Source of the DNA: Podarcis vaucheri
Taxonomy: Eukaryota
Strand: one strand, 5' to 3'
Assembly: GCA_965113315.1 (NCBI GenBank)
Contig: OZ220364.1
DNA: 64,000 nucleotides
Shown here: in pieces, positions 63,633-64,000 of the stretch
Position numbering within the stretch: position 1 is the first letter of the stretch
Layout: every line of letters starts with the position of its first letter
The notes under the pieces: generated by a model
What the model saw: the letters and a program-made list of their open reading frames with translations, nothing else
The model's database searches: none
Told to the model about the DNA's origin: nothing
Program-made: the position numbers and the translations under genes

Positions 63633-64000
63633 CTGTATTTAAGAAAAGAAGACATAATCTAATGCTGCAGTCCTATACCTAATTAAATTCAGTGGGACTT
63701 CTGAGCACGCACATCGGATTTCACAGTAGCTAGGGGGAGTGGGCAGCAGAAATCTCAAACTGGGCCTCTTTAATGAGAAGGAAGTGGGGGGGGGGTAAAG
63801 GACTGGTGAGATGCGTTTGTTGATGAGCTATGGGGAACACAAAAGCTTTCTTCTTTTTTGTTGCTCAAGCAGCACTCTGTCACGTGCCCGACCACAAGTC
63901 ATGCGGTTGAGGTCAGTGCCGGATCAACATTTCAAACTTCTTTTTTTAAAAAACAACACCACCACCACCACTTTGGAGAGCTGGTAGATGTGGAACGCTA

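Noticed and set aside
63633-64000. ABCC3 exon ~14
   Set aside because: No matching peptide found; it must lie beyond the window end

Overview
This is vertebrate genomic DNA, most likely from a squamate and probably a lacertid lizard (inferred from Sauria/Squam1, Squam2-like and Squam3-like SINEs). It holds the conserved LUC7L3-ANKRD40-ABCC3 block. LUC7L3 is on the minus strand with 10 coding exons (20872->2971, 431 aa) and a complex alternatively spliced 3' end. ANKRD40 is on the plus strand with 5 coding exons (23629->36375, 363 aa), head-to-head with LUC7L3. The last 17 exons of ABCC3/MRP3 (approx. exons 15-31, 63632->43289) are on the minus strand, convergent with ANKRD40. All exon boundaries were read by hand as GT-AG, and phases and lengths add up. 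Introns carry many transposons: a young 5'-truncated L1 with an intact ORF2 C-terminal part, poly(A) tail and TSD; L2 and CR1 fragments; several tRNA-derived SINE families; and Tc1/mariner-type and hAT-type MITEs, some nested. There is a 290-nt assembly gap at 2248-2537. I found no wholly new gene system. The best leads are (1) candidate poison and alternative terminal exons in LUC7L3, with a 5' splice-site pattern suggesting auto/cross-regulation, (2) the intronic sense-strand L1 in ANKRD40, and (3) SINEs with different tRNA heads on one CR1 tail. Family names and orthologue comparisons come from recall, not from searches.
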